Positions 18,661 through 28,769 are shown, numbered from the stretch's first letter. The stretch: 64,000 bases of DNA from an uncultured delta proteobacterium (GCA_963803435.1 CAWDML010000001.1:832001-896000); one strand, 5' to 3'. Notes: generated by a model not told the origin, from the letters alone. Translations and numbers: made by a program.

Positions 18661-19806
18661 TTACGACTCGCGGCTGCGGGCGCGATCGAGCATCCGATAG
18701 AAGCTCGGGCGGGCGACACCGGCGAGGGTGGCCGCCTTCGAGACGACGCCGCCGGCGCGCTGGAGCATGCTCGCCAGGTAGGTCCGCTCGAAGTGGGCGA
18801 GCGCGCGGCGGCGAGCCTCTCGGTAGGGATAGGCGCCCAGATCCAGTGCATCCGGGGCGTCGTCACGCCCGAGGACGAGGTGGCGCTGGACCACGCTCCA
18901 GAGCTCCCGGACGTTGCCGGGCCAGTCGTAGGCGACGAGGAGCGGGGCCAGGTCGGCCGGAACCTCCGCCTCGGGATCTCGGGTGGCCCCGCGAAGGAAG
19001 CGGGTCGCCAGGAAGAGCACGTCCTCCCGGCGATCGCGGAGCGGCGGGATCGGGACGCGCAGGACCTCCAGGATCGCGTCCAGCGGCAGGTGGCTTGAGA
19101 CGATGATCCGGACGTCGTGCGCCCCTCGGCCCTGGAGGAGATCGACGAGCGGGGTCGGGGGCTCGTCGATCTCGTGGAGGAATAGACTGCCGCCTCTCGC
19201 CTGCTCGACGGCGCTCGCCAGCTTCGGCCCGAGGGCCTCGAGGGCGCTCGAGTCCACTGAAACGAAGGGCCTGCGACTCCGGGGTGAGAGGTCGTGGAGC
19301 GCACGGGCCAGCGCGCCCCTGCCCGTCCCGGTCTCGCCCTGCAACCAGACGGGCCCGTCGGATGCGCTCGCCTGCTCCAGCAGCGCAAAGACGTGGCGCA
19401 TCGCGACCGAGGTACCGGCGACGTCGCCGAAGGTCTCCTGGCTGCTCAGCGGGAGGTCGAGGTGCGTGCCGGCGAAGCGGACGAGGAGCGCGCTCTCGCC
19501 GAGCTCGAGCGTGGTGTCGGCCGCGAGCATCGCCTCGACGACGCGCAGCGGGCCCACGAAGACGCCCGGCGCGCTGCCCTCGTCCTTCACGAAGAGCCCG
19601 TCAGGGGTGGCGAGGATCCGCAGAGAGACCGACGGATCCGAGAGCTGGAGGTCGGCCTCCGGTCCGGACCCGATCCGCAGCACCGGCCGGTCGACGTCGA
19701 AGCACCGCCCCACGTCCCGGCCGCGGACGACCTCGATCCGCGCCGTCTTCACCCGCAGGTGTTCCACAGAGCTCGTCTCCATCCCGGCGACGTTGAGTCG
19801 AACCAT
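18661..19806 (-). CDS. FHA + sigma54-activator-like AAA + Fis-type HTH regulator, degenerate
   Basis: GETGTGRGALARALH, IPPLRDRREDV, YDWPGNVREL, C-terminal HTH; GAFTGA loop absent. Confidence 0.85.
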   Translation of the reverse strand: MVRLNVAGMETSSVEHLRVKTARIEVVRGRDVGRCFDVDRPVLRIGSGPEADLQLSDPSVSLRILATPDGLFVKDEGSAPGVFVGPLRVVEAMLAADTTLELGESALLVRFAGTHLDLPLSSQETFGDVAGTSVAMRHVFALLEQASASDGPVWLQGETGTGRGALARALHDLSPRSRRPFVSVDSSALEALGPKLASAVEQARGGSLFLHEIDEPPTPLVDLLQGRGAHDVRIIVSSHLPLDAILEVLRVPIPPLRDRREDVLFLATRFLRGATRDPEAEVPADLAPLLVAYDWPGNVRELWSVVQRHLVLGRDDAPDALDLGAYPYREARRRALAHFERTYLASMLQRAGGVVSKAATLAGVARPSFYRMLDRARSRES

Positions 19807-19839
19807 GGCCGTGAAGTGTTGAAAGATTCTTCTGCCCGG

Positions 19840-21006
19840 TCAGGGCCCGCCGAGCGCCTCCAGGCCCCGCTCAGCGCTTACCCGCACCCGCGCGATGGGG
19901 CTGGCGGCGCCCTGCTGGAAGCGCGCCCGCGCCTCGCTGCGCTGGCCGGCTTCCAGCAGCATCCAGCCCAGCGCGATCGAGACCTCGTCCGCCCGGACGC
20001 TGTCGGGATAGCGGCCCAAGAACCGCCGCATCTCCGCGATCGCCTCCACCTTTCGCGCCGCCCGCTGGAGCGCCAGGGCGCGACCGTAGCAGGCGTCTTC
20101 GGCCAGTGAGGCCTCGGGCGCCGCCGCCTCGGCCGCCTGGAACAGCTCGGCGGCGTGAGCCATGTCGCCGCTCGCGAACGCCGCCCAGGCGTCGCGGAAG
20201 GCCCGCTCGTTCGCCGGCACCGGCGGGCGGGCGGACGAAGAGGTGCGCGCCGCCGGGAGGCGCGACGTCGCCTCGACCACCGGCGCGCGCCGCTTCGGTC
20301 GTGGTCTCGGGGAAGCCGGCTCCGGGGGTGCGGGGGGCCCGCCCACCACTGGGGCCGCGATCGAAGCCGGGGCGCGGGGGCGCATCCAGCGCTCACCCGC
20401 CCGCAGGAGGACCGGCGCGCGATCGTGCTGCCGTACCTCGACGGCGCCGCGCGTGACCTGCACCCGGACGAGCCGGCCCTTCTCGGCCGCCACCTCGAAG
20501 ATGGTGCCGCGGACCTCGACCTCGGCGTCGGCCGTCTCCACGATGAAGCGCTCGTGCGCACCCAACGGATCGACCTCGAGCCGGATCCGACCGCGCTCGA
20601 GGTGGACGATCTCCGGTCGATCCGGAAGGCCGGCCGTGTGCGAGAAGCGCGCGGACGGATCTGCCTGGACCTGGGCGCGCTGAAACGGCGCCGCGATGAC
20701 CGGATCACCGGTGAGCTGGAAGAGCGCGAGGGCGGCTGCGGCCGCGGCCAGGCCCACCCACGGCAGCAGGCGGCGCAGCGTCGGGCGTCGCCGCCGTCCT
20801 CGACCCGACGCGAGGAGCGTGCTCCGGATCTCCTGCACCTTCGCCGGGTCCGGCGGCTCGTACGGCAGGTCTCGGAGCAACACCGCGAGGTGGACCGTCG
20901 ATCGCAGATGCTCGGCGCACTCGACGCACGCGCGCGCGTGAGCCGCGGGCGGCGTACCATCCCCCTCGAGGGCGGCCTTGCGGAGCTCGGGGCAGTCGCT
21001 CTTCAT
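19840..21006 (-). CDS. Anti-sigma-like FecR-domain protein with TPR C-terminus
   Basis: HARACVEC zinc-finger-like motif, TM, FIVETADAEVEVRGTIFEV..V.VTRGAVEV, TPR. Confidence 0.85.
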   Translation of the reverse strand: MKSDCPELRKAALEGDGTPPAAHARACVECAEHLRSTVHLAVLLRDLPYEPPDPAKVQEIRSTLLASGRGRRRRPTLRRLLPWVGLAAAAAALALFQLTGDPVIAAPFQRAQVQADPSARFSHTAGLPDRPEIVHLERGRIRLEVDPLGAHERFIVETADAEVEVRGTIFEVAAEKGRLVRVQVTRGAVEVRQHDRAPVLLRAGERWMRPRAPASIAAPVVGGPPAPPEPASPRPRPKRRAPVVEATSRLPAARTSSSARPPVPANERAFRDAWAAFASGDMAHAAELFQAAEAAAPEASLAEDACYGRALALQRAARKVEAIAEMRRFLGRYPDSVRADEVSIALGWMLLEAGQRSEARARFQQGAASPIARVRVSAERGLEALGGP

Positions 21007-21596
21007 GGCACCTCCTCACCGACCGCGCTGCGGAGCGACTTGCGCGCCTGGTGGAGCCATCGCCAGATGGTCCCGGGCCTCACGCCGAGCGCGGTGGCCG
21101 CGTCGTTCCCCGAGACCCCCTCGAAGTCGCACATCACGAGCGCGACGCGCTGGTTGTGGGGAAGGGCTGTCAACCCAGCTTGCAACCGGCCGAGCAGCTC
21201 GCGGCGGGCCGCGATATCGTCGGCCTGCTCGCTCCTCGGCGGCGGCAGCTCTCCCAGGGCCTGCATCGCGTGCGCCCGGCGATCGCGACTTCGCGCGTGA
21301 TTGCGGGCGACGTTGGCGGCGATCCCAAAGATCCAGGTGAGCGCGGGCGCCTGTCCTCGATAGCGGTGGGCCGAAGTCCAGACCGCTGCGAAGGTGTCCT
21401 GCAGCAGATCCTCAGCGTCTCCGTTGCATGTGCCGGCGACGCGGCAGAGGAACCGGTGCATCCGCAGGTGATGGCGGTCGAAGAGGGCGGCGAGCGCGGC
21501 CGGATCGGAGAAGCCGCAGGCGCCCACCAGCGCCTCGTCGGTCATCTCCTCGATCCGCCCCTCGATGCGCCGGAGCGGAACGACGCGCCCGATCAC
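21003..21596 (-). CDS. ECF RNA polymerase sigma factor
   Basis: DAEDLLQDTF, TWIFGIAAN, LPHNQRVALVM...ALGVRPGTI. Confidence 0.92.
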   Translation of the reverse strand: MIGRVVPLRRIEGRIEEMTDEALVGACGFSDPAALAALFDRHHLRMHRFLCRVAGTCNGDAEDLLQDTFAAVWTSAHRYRGQAPALTWIFGIAANVARNHARSRDRRAHAMQALGELPPPRSEQADDIAARRELLGRLQAGLTALPHNQRVALVMCDFEGVSGNDAATALGVRPGTIWRWLHQARKSLRSAVGEEVP

Positions 21597-22519
21597 GGCC
21601 AGCCCCAGAGCAGCCCGGCCTGACCGCGGATCGTCATCAGCTCGCGATCCGGCAGCACGACGGTCCAGCTCGCGCCGACCTGGAGGTGGAGCGAATCGAA
21701 CAGCCGGAGCGACGCGAAGAGCCGCGCCTCCGCCCGACCGCCGAAGCCCGGGTGCTCGGCACCCTCCCCGCATGCGGAAGAGCGGAGCGACCTCCCGCCG
21801 GCGAAGCAAAGACGGCCCTCCCCCAGGGAGCCGAGCCAGCCGCCGCCGAGCCCGATGCCCGGCGTCACCGTCAGACGGCCGAGCTCGAGCGGTACGTTGA
21901 GATCGAACATGACGTCGACGTCGCTCTGGTGGCGCTGACTGAGGCTGTAGCGCGCCGTCGCGCCGACGCAGGCGAAGCCGAGCTCGCCGCAGAGAGAGAG
22001 CGCGCCTCCGAGCCAGCGCCCGCGATTCCGGGCGACGCCAAGCTCGGCGGAGAGCCGCCAGGAGTAGCCGGCCTCGGGGAGCGGCGCGGCCGCCAGCGTG
22101 TTCGACTCGCGGGGCTCGTCGGCCGGCGAGACCGGCGTACGCGGCGCGGGCGTGACGGCCTGCGTGCTGGTCGCCGCCGCCTCCAGCAGATCCATCCGCG
22201 CCCACGACTCGATCAAGGTGGCCGCGGTGGCGAGGCTCTTCACGGTGCGCTCGGCGGTACGTCCCCACGGATCGCGGATCGTGATCCGGAAGGCGCCCTC
22301 GGAGACGTCGACGTGGACGTGAAGAACACCGCAGCCACCGGGCGGAAGGCCGGCCGGCTCGACCTCGACGCCCCGATCCACGAGGAGCGGCGCGATCTCG
22401 CGTGCCGTCGCGTCGGGCGCGTCGACGACCGCGATGGGCGGGCACGCCTCGGCGGCGAGCGCCCGGCCGCTGAGGAGAAGGACGACCGCGGTGATCGAGG
22501 CAGACCTCATCGCTCCCAT
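21593..22519 (-). CDS. Exported protein with probable C-terminal beta-barrel
   Basis: Signal peptide and amphipathic strands ending ...GQAGLLWGWP; stop overlaps the sigma factor start. Confidence 0.7.
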   Translation of the reverse strand: MGAMRSASITAVVLLLSGRALAAEACPPIAVVDAPDATAREIAPLLVDRGVEVEPAGLPPGGCGVLHVHVDVSEGAFRITIRDPWGRTAERTVKSLATAATLIESWARMDLLEAAATSTQAVTPAPRTPVSPADEPRESNTLAAAPLPEAGYSWRLSAELGVARNRGRWLGGALSLCGELGFACVGATARYSLSQRHQSDVDVMFDLNVPLELGRLTVTPGIGLGGGWLGSLGEGRLCFAGGRSLRSSACGEGAEHPGFGGRAEARLFASLRLFDSLHLQVGASWTVVLPDRELMTIRGQAGLLWGWP

Positions 22520-22621
22520 GAGTAACCGCAGCCCGAAAAACCTTCCGATCATTCCGTGGAGAAGGAATGGGGCGCTGCGGTTACCCACCTCCTCAGAACT
22601 CTTACTCCACACGAGGTGCTC

Positions 22622-23239
22622 ATGAGAGCCGTAGCCCTGTTTCCCCTCATCCTCCCCGGCTTGCTCGCCGCCAGCTGTGGAGACTTCTTCTACGACGGCG
22701 ACGGCCAGAGCCATCACCACGGGCGGGGTCGCAGGTTCGGCCCCGGCAACGATTGCATGCAGGGCGAGGACGCCGGCGCGTCCGCCCGCCCGGACGCGAG
22801 GGTCCGACTCACCGACAGCGGCGCGCCCCCGCCGGCGGACAGCGGCGTCGTCGAGGCGGACGCCGGCGTGCTCCCGGAGATGGACGCGGGCGCCATGGAT
22901 GCGGCCGGGCCGAGCTGCGCCACCAGCGCAGATTGTCCGGTGGGATCGACGTGCGTGGCTTCGTCGTGCGAGCCCTGTCCCGAGGGCGTCTGCACCTGCA
23001 TGCGCGATGACGAGTGTCCCGCCGACCAGATCTGCAACCACCCGATCGCGACTTGCGAGGATCCGCCGGTCCTGTGCTCCGACCTGACCGTCGAAGCCGA
23101 CTGTCTCGCCCGCACCGACTGCCAGGCGATCTACTCCGGGATGAACTGCCGGGACAGCCAGGGCGGCGACTGCGAGTCGGGCGATCCGAACTGCACCTGC
23201 GAGACCTTCAGCTTCGCCGTCTGCATCGACAAGGAGTGA
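22622..23239 (+). CDS. Cys-rich lipoprotein
   Basis: Lipobox LAASC, D(A/S)G low-complexity linker, C..SADC/C..DDEC repeats. Confidence 0.8.
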   Translation: MRAVALFPLILPGLLAASCGDFFYDGDGQSHHHGRGRRFGPGNDCMQGEDAGASARPDARVRLTDSGAPPPADSGVVEADAGVLPEMDAGAMDAAGPSCATSADCPVGSTCVASSCEPCPEGVCTCMRDDECPADQICNHPIATCEDPPVLCSDLTVEADCLARTDCQAIYSGMNCRDSQGGDCESGDPNCTCETFSFAVCIDKE

Positions 23240-23279
23240 ACGCGCTCCGCATTCGTTGCATGATGGCCTGGAACGATGC

Positions 23280-23450
23280 GCGTCCGATAGCGGTTCGTCT
23301 CGCGTTCGAAGTCCGGGCTCGCGCACATGGAGACCGCGGGCCGCGCCGCTGATTCGGGCGCGCGAAAGAAGGCGTCGAAGATCGCCTTCATCACCAGCCG
23401 GAGCGGACCGGGCGCGTCGCGGATGATGTTGGTGTCGACACCTCCTCCCC
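23280..23450 (-). pseudogene. Possible remnant of a short-chain dehydrogenase C-terminus
   Basis: Reads GGVDTNIIRDAPGPLRLVMKAIFDAFFRAPESAARPAVSMCASPDFE, similar to the PGxVxTNI...P..GA.....A.SP tail of SDRs; no N-terminus. Boundaries approximate. Confidence 0.4.
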
Positions 23451-23464
23451 GGCCCGCGGGCGGA

Positions 23465-23863
23465 TCAGCCGAGCTCGAGCGCCCACATCCCGGCCGCGAT
23501 CGCGAGCGGGATCAAGAACGCGCCCACCTGAACCATCCAGGCGCGCTTCGCGTTCAGGCCGATCACGACCAGCGCGAACCCGGCGGCGCCGGCAGCGCCG
23601 ACGAGGTGATCCTCGAGCACCATCGTCGTGAACGGAGGCAGCGATCCGGCGTCGAGGTACACGTGCCTCGCCACCGGCGCCACCCAGACCTCGAACGAAC
23701 CGGCGAGCGCCGCGGAGAACAGCGAGATCCCGGCCAGGACCCGGGTCGCGCGAGAGAGAGGCCCCCGCCAGATACCGAGGAGCGTCGACTCGATGGCTGC
23801 GGGGATCTGAACGACGATGAACAACAGGGAGAGACCGAGGAGCTTGAGGACGCGAAAGAGCAT
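23465..23863 (-). CDS. Small multi-TM membrane protein
   Basis: MLFRVLKLLGLSLLFIVVQ...; about four hydrophobic segments. Confidence 0.6.
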   Translation of the reverse strand: MLFRVLKLLGLSLLFIVVQIPAAIESTLLGIWRGPLSRATRVLAGISLFSAALAGSFEVWVAPVARHVYLDAGSLPPFTTMVLEDHLVGAAGAAGFALVVIGLNAKRAWMVQVGAFLIPLAIAAGMWALELG

Positions 23864-23919
23864 TGATCGAGTATGAGGAGCCGAACCGGCACGAGCAACG
23901 TGGACAAACCGCCCACCGA

Positions 23920-26900
23920 TCAGGACCGAAGCGCGCGGCCCTTGGCGAGGATGACGAGGCCCAGAACCAACACGATCGCCGCGAGCGCCCACCATCTCGC
24001 GCCCGAGTGCGCGCGCGTTCGGTAAGTGATGGTGAGGACCGGCCCAGCGTCGCCGAAGCCCTCCTCCCAGGCGTGGAATCGCGTGAAGCCCACCGGTCGG
24101 AGGAGGCGGATCGCGTGGCCGTGGTTCTTCGCGGGATGGTCGAACCAAAGCCTGAAGGCCGAGGTCACCCTCTCGCCGGCGAAGACCGCGCGCTCGGTGA
24201 GCGAGCCCAGCGCCGCCACCGCGTCCCGTTCCACCGCGAGATCCTCGCCCGCCTTGGAGGCGCCCTTCCCTTTCCAGCGCCGCCCGCGGTGGGCGGAGCT
24301 GTTCCATGTAGGTGCGCCCACGGGATCGGCATAGAAATGGCCGTTCGTCGGCGGATCGCCCAAGAACGCCCCGCCGGACACCGGGTCCTGCCAGGGCCGA
24401 AGGCAGCGCCGCGCCTCATACTCGGTCGCGTCGCCGTCGTCGGGCAGGAGCGAGAACGAGGCAGCCTCGATCCGGCTCGACTCGGTGACGGCGGTCGCCT
24501 CCTGGAAGGCGGCGCGCCACTCGAAGCGGACGAACCCGGTCGTGCTCTCGTTCCCCTCGACCGCCTTCACCCAGACCTTGTCGTGCGACCAGTCAGGGAG
24601 CTCGGGACCGACCATCGACGCGTCGTGGACGGCAATCGGGATGTGGTTCCGTGTGGAAGCGCCGAGCGTCACCGTGATCTCGTCGCCGATCTCGAAGCGG
24701 TGCGCGTTCGACGCATCGTTCGGATCCAACCCGTTGCCGGCCGCGTCCCGGATCGATCCAGAGGGGATCAAACGATAGCTCCCCGGCGACGCCAGGTCGG
24801 CGATGAGATCGACGCGATCGCCCGCACGATCGAAGTACTGCACCGAGCGGACAGTGCCACCGTCGATCCGCCAGGCCGATAGCTCGCTGACCGACGCGCG
24901 ATCGATCGTCTCGTCGAACCAGACGGCGATCCGCGAGGTCGACACCGGCTCCACGCGCACGACCCGAGGCGGCGTGACGTCACGGGCCTCGCGGAGGTCG
25001 GCAGCGGTCATCGTCCCGTCGATCGACAGCACCAGCTCCGCGAGATCTGCGAGCTGCCGCTCGGTCAGACCGGCGGGGTCTCCGTGCGGATGCTCGCCGC
25101 CGGCGCGCGACGCCTGATCGCGGAGCAGGTCCAGGATCGTCTGCGCAAACACCGACGCGCCCTCGTACGGCGGCGACGTCCAGAGGCCGAGGAGCGTCGG
25201 CGTGTTCACGGCCCACTTCGGCTCGCGGGCGCCCAGCTCGCGCTCTCCGCGCCGGTGGGGCCCTCCGACGTCGTGGAAGCGGAAGTCCACGAAGCCCGTC
25301 TCGGGAACGTGGCACTCGGCGCAGCCGGAGCGGAGGAAGTAGGTGGCCCCGCGGATCGCCGCGTGGGTGAGCGAGCCGTCAGGCCGCCGATACGGGCTCC
25401 GCATGAGCGGCGGGAGGGACAGCACGTACGCAGCCAGCGCATCGAGGTCCGGATCGAGCCCGGCGTTCACCTCGGGCGACAGCTCCGGACGGACGCGCTT
25501 TCCCAGGAAGCCCGCGCCGCCCATCAACGGCCCCGTGATCGTGTGCTCGAAGTCCTGGACCTCGTCCCAATCGCCCGACCGGTGGATCTGTCCGAGGGCG
25601 GTCTTCGGGTCCCGCTCGGGCAAAGCCCTCGCACCCGACTCCGCGCGCGGGAGCGCGCTGCGCGCTCCGCTTGCCTTCGGGTCCCGCTCGGGCAAAGCCC
25701 TCGCACCCGACTCCGCGCGCGGGCCGTACGTCCGCGCCAACCCGAGGAGGCTAACCGATTGCCGCGGTCCGTGGAGCCCGGGCAGGTGCTGGAATGCCCA
25801 GCTTCGGGTCTCGTGCTCGCCGTGGGGATGGCATGAGGCGCAAGCTACCTTGCCGTTGCTCGACATCCGCGGATCGGCGCTGGTGTGGAAGAGCTTGGCG
25901 CCCGCCAGGATCAGGGCGGAGAACGGCTCCGGCGTCACCGGCGTGACCGGGATGCGCGACACCTCCCTTCGCTCGGTGAGGTCGAGGACGGAGACGTCGC
26001 GCGACAGCAGGTTGAGCACGTACGCGACCGGCGCCACCGGCGACACCGCGATTCCGATCGGCTGGTCGCCCACCGGGATCTCGGTGAGCGGAGCCGCGCC
26101 CGGGGGTGGGAGGGCTGGCGTGTCGACGGGCATCACCGTGACGTCGTTGCTCTGCTCGCCGACCACGTAGGCTGTGGCGCCGTCGGCGGAGAAGCCGACG
26201 TCGACCAGGCCAGCGACGTGCGCGTTCCAGCCCGGCCCCAGGTAGGCGTTCTCGCCGCCGGGATCGTGGACGTACCTGGCGCTCAGGATCACCTTGTCGG
26301 CGTTGGTGTTCGGCAGCGTGCGCGTGTCGAGATCGAGCTGGCGGATGGTGGCCTGGATCGTCGAGTCGGGCGTGAACTCGTCCTCGGTGACGTTGTGGTA
26401 CTCGGTCGGGATCCAGAGCCGGTTCTGGCGCGGTACCTTCGCGAGGTGGCCGCGAAAGAACAGGTAGCCGCCCTCCGCCACGTCTCCCGGGGGCAAGAGG
26501 CGGCTGCTGATCCGCGGATCGCTGGCGGCGGCGATCAGCCGGTTGGTGACGCGGGGCTCGGAGCCCGAGAGATCGAGGCGCGTCAGCCGTGGATGCTCCT
26601 CGTCGGGGAACAGGTGGGTGATCCAGGCGGAGTCGTCGTCGAGCCACACGATCCCGAGCGACGAGGTGAAGATTGGCTCGATCAGCCGCACCTGCTTCGT
26701 CGCCGCGTCGATCAACGCCAGGGCCGTGGTCCGATGCAGCGTCACCAGCGCCCGCGACTCGTCGGGCGACAGCACCACCGAATAGGGTCCGCTGCCGTAC
26801 GGCAGATCGATCCGCGCCTCCAGCGCGCCCTCGCGATCCAGCACGTAGACGCGGTCCGAGTCGTGGCAGGCCACCCAGATCTCCGACCCGTCCTCGCGCA

Positions 26901-27099
26901 CCGCGATCCCCCGGGGCGCGTCCTTCGCCGCCGCCGACAGCGGGATCTCGACGACCGCCTGCGTGGTCGTATCGATCCGCGCCACCGAACCGTGCTGCGC
27001 GTTCGCGACCCAGACCCAGCGGCCGTCCGCGCTGATCTGGATGGGCCCGCTCTTGTGCGGCGTCGCGAGCAGACCCAGGACCAGCGCCAGAGCGATCAT
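23920..27099 (-). CDS. YncE/YVTN beta-propeller + diheme cytochrome c peroxidase-like domain + beta-sandwich domains + C-terminal TM
   Basis: Signal peptide; propeller repeats (ISADGRWVWVAN, PVGDQPIGIAVSP); CASCH and CAECH; NTPTLLGLWTSPPY; C-terminal hydrophobic anchor. Confidence 0.85.
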   Translation of the reverse strand: MIALALVLGLLATPHKSGPIQISADGRWVWVANAQHGSVARIDTTTQAVVEIPLSAAAKDAPRGIAVREDGSEIWVACHDSDRVYVLDREGALEARIDLPYGSGPYSVVLSPDESRALVTLHRTTALALIDAATKQVRLIEPIFTSSLGIVWLDDDSAWITHLFPDEEHPRLTRLDLSGSEPRVTNRLIAAASDPRISSRLLPPGDVAEGGYLFFRGHLAKVPRQNRLWIPTEYHNVTEDEFTPDSTIQATIRQLDLDTRTLPNTNADKVILSARYVHDPGGENAYLGPGWNAHVAGLVDVGFSADGATAYVVGEQSNDVTVMPVDTPALPPPGAAPLTEIPVGDQPIGIAVSPVAPVAYVLNLLSRDVSVLDLTERREVSRIPVTPVTPEPFSALILAGAKLFHTSADPRMSSNGKVACASCHPHGEHETRSWAFQHLPGLHGPRQSVSLLGLARTYGPRAESGARALPERDPKASGARSALPRAESGARALPERDPKTALGQIHRSGDWDEVQDFEHTITGPLMGGAGFLGKRVRPELSPEVNAGLDPDLDALAAYVLSLPPLMRSPYRRPDGSLTHAAIRGATYFLRSGCAECHVPETGFVDFRFHDVGGPHRRGERELGAREPKWAVNTPTLLGLWTSPPYEGASVFAQTILDLLRDQASRAGGEHPHGDPAGLTERQLADLAELVLSIDGTMTAADLREARDVTPPRVVRVEPVSTSRIAVWFDETIDRASVSELSAWRIDGGTVRSVQYFDRAGDRVDLIADLASPGSYRLIPSGSIRDAAGNGLDPNDASNAHRFEIGDEITVTLGASTRNHIPIAVHDASMVGPELPDWSHDKVWVKAVEGNESTTGFVRFEWRAAFQEATAVTESSRIEAASFSLLPDDGDATEYEARRCLRPWQDPVSGGAFLGDPPTNGHFYADPVGAPTWNSSAHRGRRWKGKGASKAGEDLAVERDAVAALGSLTERAVFAGERVTSAFRLWFDHPAKNHGHAIRLLRPVGFTRFHAWEEGFGDAGPVLTITYRTRAHSGARWWALAAIVLVLGLVILAKGRALRS
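25603..25723. repeat. In-frame 49-bp direct repeat pair (period 72) around a perfect palindrome
   Basis: cttcgggtcccgctcgggcaaagccctcgcacccgactccgcgcgcggg at 25603 and 25675; ggagcgcgc-t-gcgcgctcc at 25650-25668. Confidence 0.9.
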
Positions 27100-28769
27100 C
27101 AGCTCGGAATGACCCCCGCGACGGTGAGCGCGGACTTCAACACACCGCCGATGCCCTCGGCGACGATGCAGCCGACCGCGATCGTGGTGAGCGTGATCTC
27201 GCGGAGCTTCAACCCGCGGCCGAGCACGATGAACAGGACGAAGCCGCCCAGGAAGAACGCGAGGTCGTACGAGATCGGGAGGACCAGGCCGAGCCCGAGG
27301 CCGATCGAGTCCGGCAGGATCCGCTTCATCGGCTTGAAGCGCTCCAGCAGAACATAGACCACGCCGATCGCCCCTGCGATCAGCATGGCCTCGGTGGCGA
27401 AGGGCGGCATCGCCGTCTTCCCCTCGAAGATCAGCGCGGAGGTGGCCCACATCTTGGCGACCGGCGCCGGCAGCCCCTTTCCCTCGAGGGTCAGGCTGTA
27501 CGTGGCCGCGATCTGCGTGAACACCCACGCCGAGACCAGTGCGCACGGGATGACGGTGGCGGCCTGCGCCCAGAACTGCCACCGCGAGGGCACCTTGAGC
27601 CAGCGGCCATAGGCCAGGTCGCCGGTGAGCACGCCGGCCTGGGCGCCGCTGCCGGCCACGTAGCCGGCGCCGGTGAGGTTCTGCGCGGCGCTCGCGCCGC
27701 CCGCCAGCGCGCAGGCGCCCTGCAGCAACACGCCCATGACGCGCGCCGGATTGAAGGCGGTCTGTGCGGCGGCGCGGGTGGCGATGATGTTCTGGATGAA
27801 GCCGCCCAGGATCACGAGGATCAAGATCAGGAGAACGTTGAGATTCATCGCGAAGGCGCCGTGCAGCACGGCGAGCGTCAGGGCGATCGCCGCCAGGATC
27901 CGGAACCCGCGCGGCCCGATGATCGGATCGTCGTCCTCCCCGGTCTTCTTGAGCGCCACCAGCGACCGCAGCCCCGCGATCACCACGCGCCAGTTGAGCG
28001 CCAGCGCGGCGAGCCCGGAGGAGACCAGGAACCCGATGCCAGGCCAGATGTAGTGATGGGGCGCGGACGGCTCCGGCAAGTGCGGCGCCATCACCAGCAG
28101 GATCAGCCCGCCGCTCAGGAACCCAACGCAGGTGCGGAAGCCCATCAGATAGGCGCCGCCGATCGCGAAGGGCGACCAGGAGATCGCGGCGCCGTAGGCA
28201 GCCAGGCCGAAGATCGGGAGCGCGGTCCCCTCCGGGACGAAGCCGAAGCCGCCGTCGTCGTTCATCACCACCCAGACGATCGCGAGCACGCACGTGATCA
28301 ACAGGTAGAGCGGCTGCCGCTTGTCACCGGCGGTGGTGAGCGCGTCGATCACCGCCTTCACCGCCTTCGACCCGGGCCATGGCAGATCCTCCTTCAGGAT
28401 CAAGAGGTCGCGGAGCGGGATGGTGAACAGGAGGCCGACCACGCTGGTGACCACCGCAAACCCAGCCATCTCCAGGAACGTGTAGGAGGCGCCCGTGGCC
28501 ATGGTCTTGGCGGCGTAAAAGTTGCTGATGAATCCGAGCGAGCCACCCGCGCTCCCCATCGTCGACACCACCACCATCTCGTCCGAGGTGATCGCCGTAC
28601 GCGAGAGGAAGAAGAACGCGAAGAAGAACAGGGCTGCGATCGTCGGTCCCTCCTCGATGACGCCGAACGAGAGCGTGAGATAGGAGTTCACGCCGCAGAG
28701 CAGGATCGCGAGCGCGAATCCCGAGATCACGGCGCGGGTGGAGGGTCGCTTCGAGGACGGCGTGAGCAC
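27099..28769 (-). CDS. OPT/YSL-family oligopeptide or metal-chelate transporter
   Basis: Many TMs; NSYLTLSFG, LPWPGS.A, GDLAYG, LPAPVAKMW, GCIVAEGIGG. Confidence 0.9.
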   Translation of the reverse strand: MLTPSSKRPSTRAVISGFALAILLCGVNSYLTLSFGVIEEGPTIAALFFFAFFFLSRTAITSDEMVVVSTMGSAGGSLGFISNFYAAKTMATGASYTFLEMAGFAVVTSVVGLLFTIPLRDLLILKEDLPWPGSKAVKAVIDALTTAGDKRQPLYLLITCVLAIVWVVMNDDGGFGFVPEGTALPIFGLAAYGAAISWSPFAIGGAYLMGFRTCVGFLSGGLILLVMAPHLPEPSAPHHYIWPGIGFLVSSGLAALALNWRVVIAGLRSLVALKKTGEDDDPIIGPRGFRILAAIALTLAVLHGAFAMNLNVLLILILVILGGFIQNIIATRAAAQTAFNPARVMGVLLQGACALAGGASAAQNLTGAGYVAGSGAQAGVLTGDLAYGRWLKVPSRWQFWAQAATVIPCALVSAWVFTQIAATYSLTLEGKGLPAPVAKMWATSALIFEGKTAMPPFATEAMLIAGAIGVVYVLLERFKPMKRILPDSIGLGLGLVLPISYDLAFFLGGFVLFIVLGRGLKLREITLTTIAVGCIVAEGIGGVLKSALTVAGVIPS

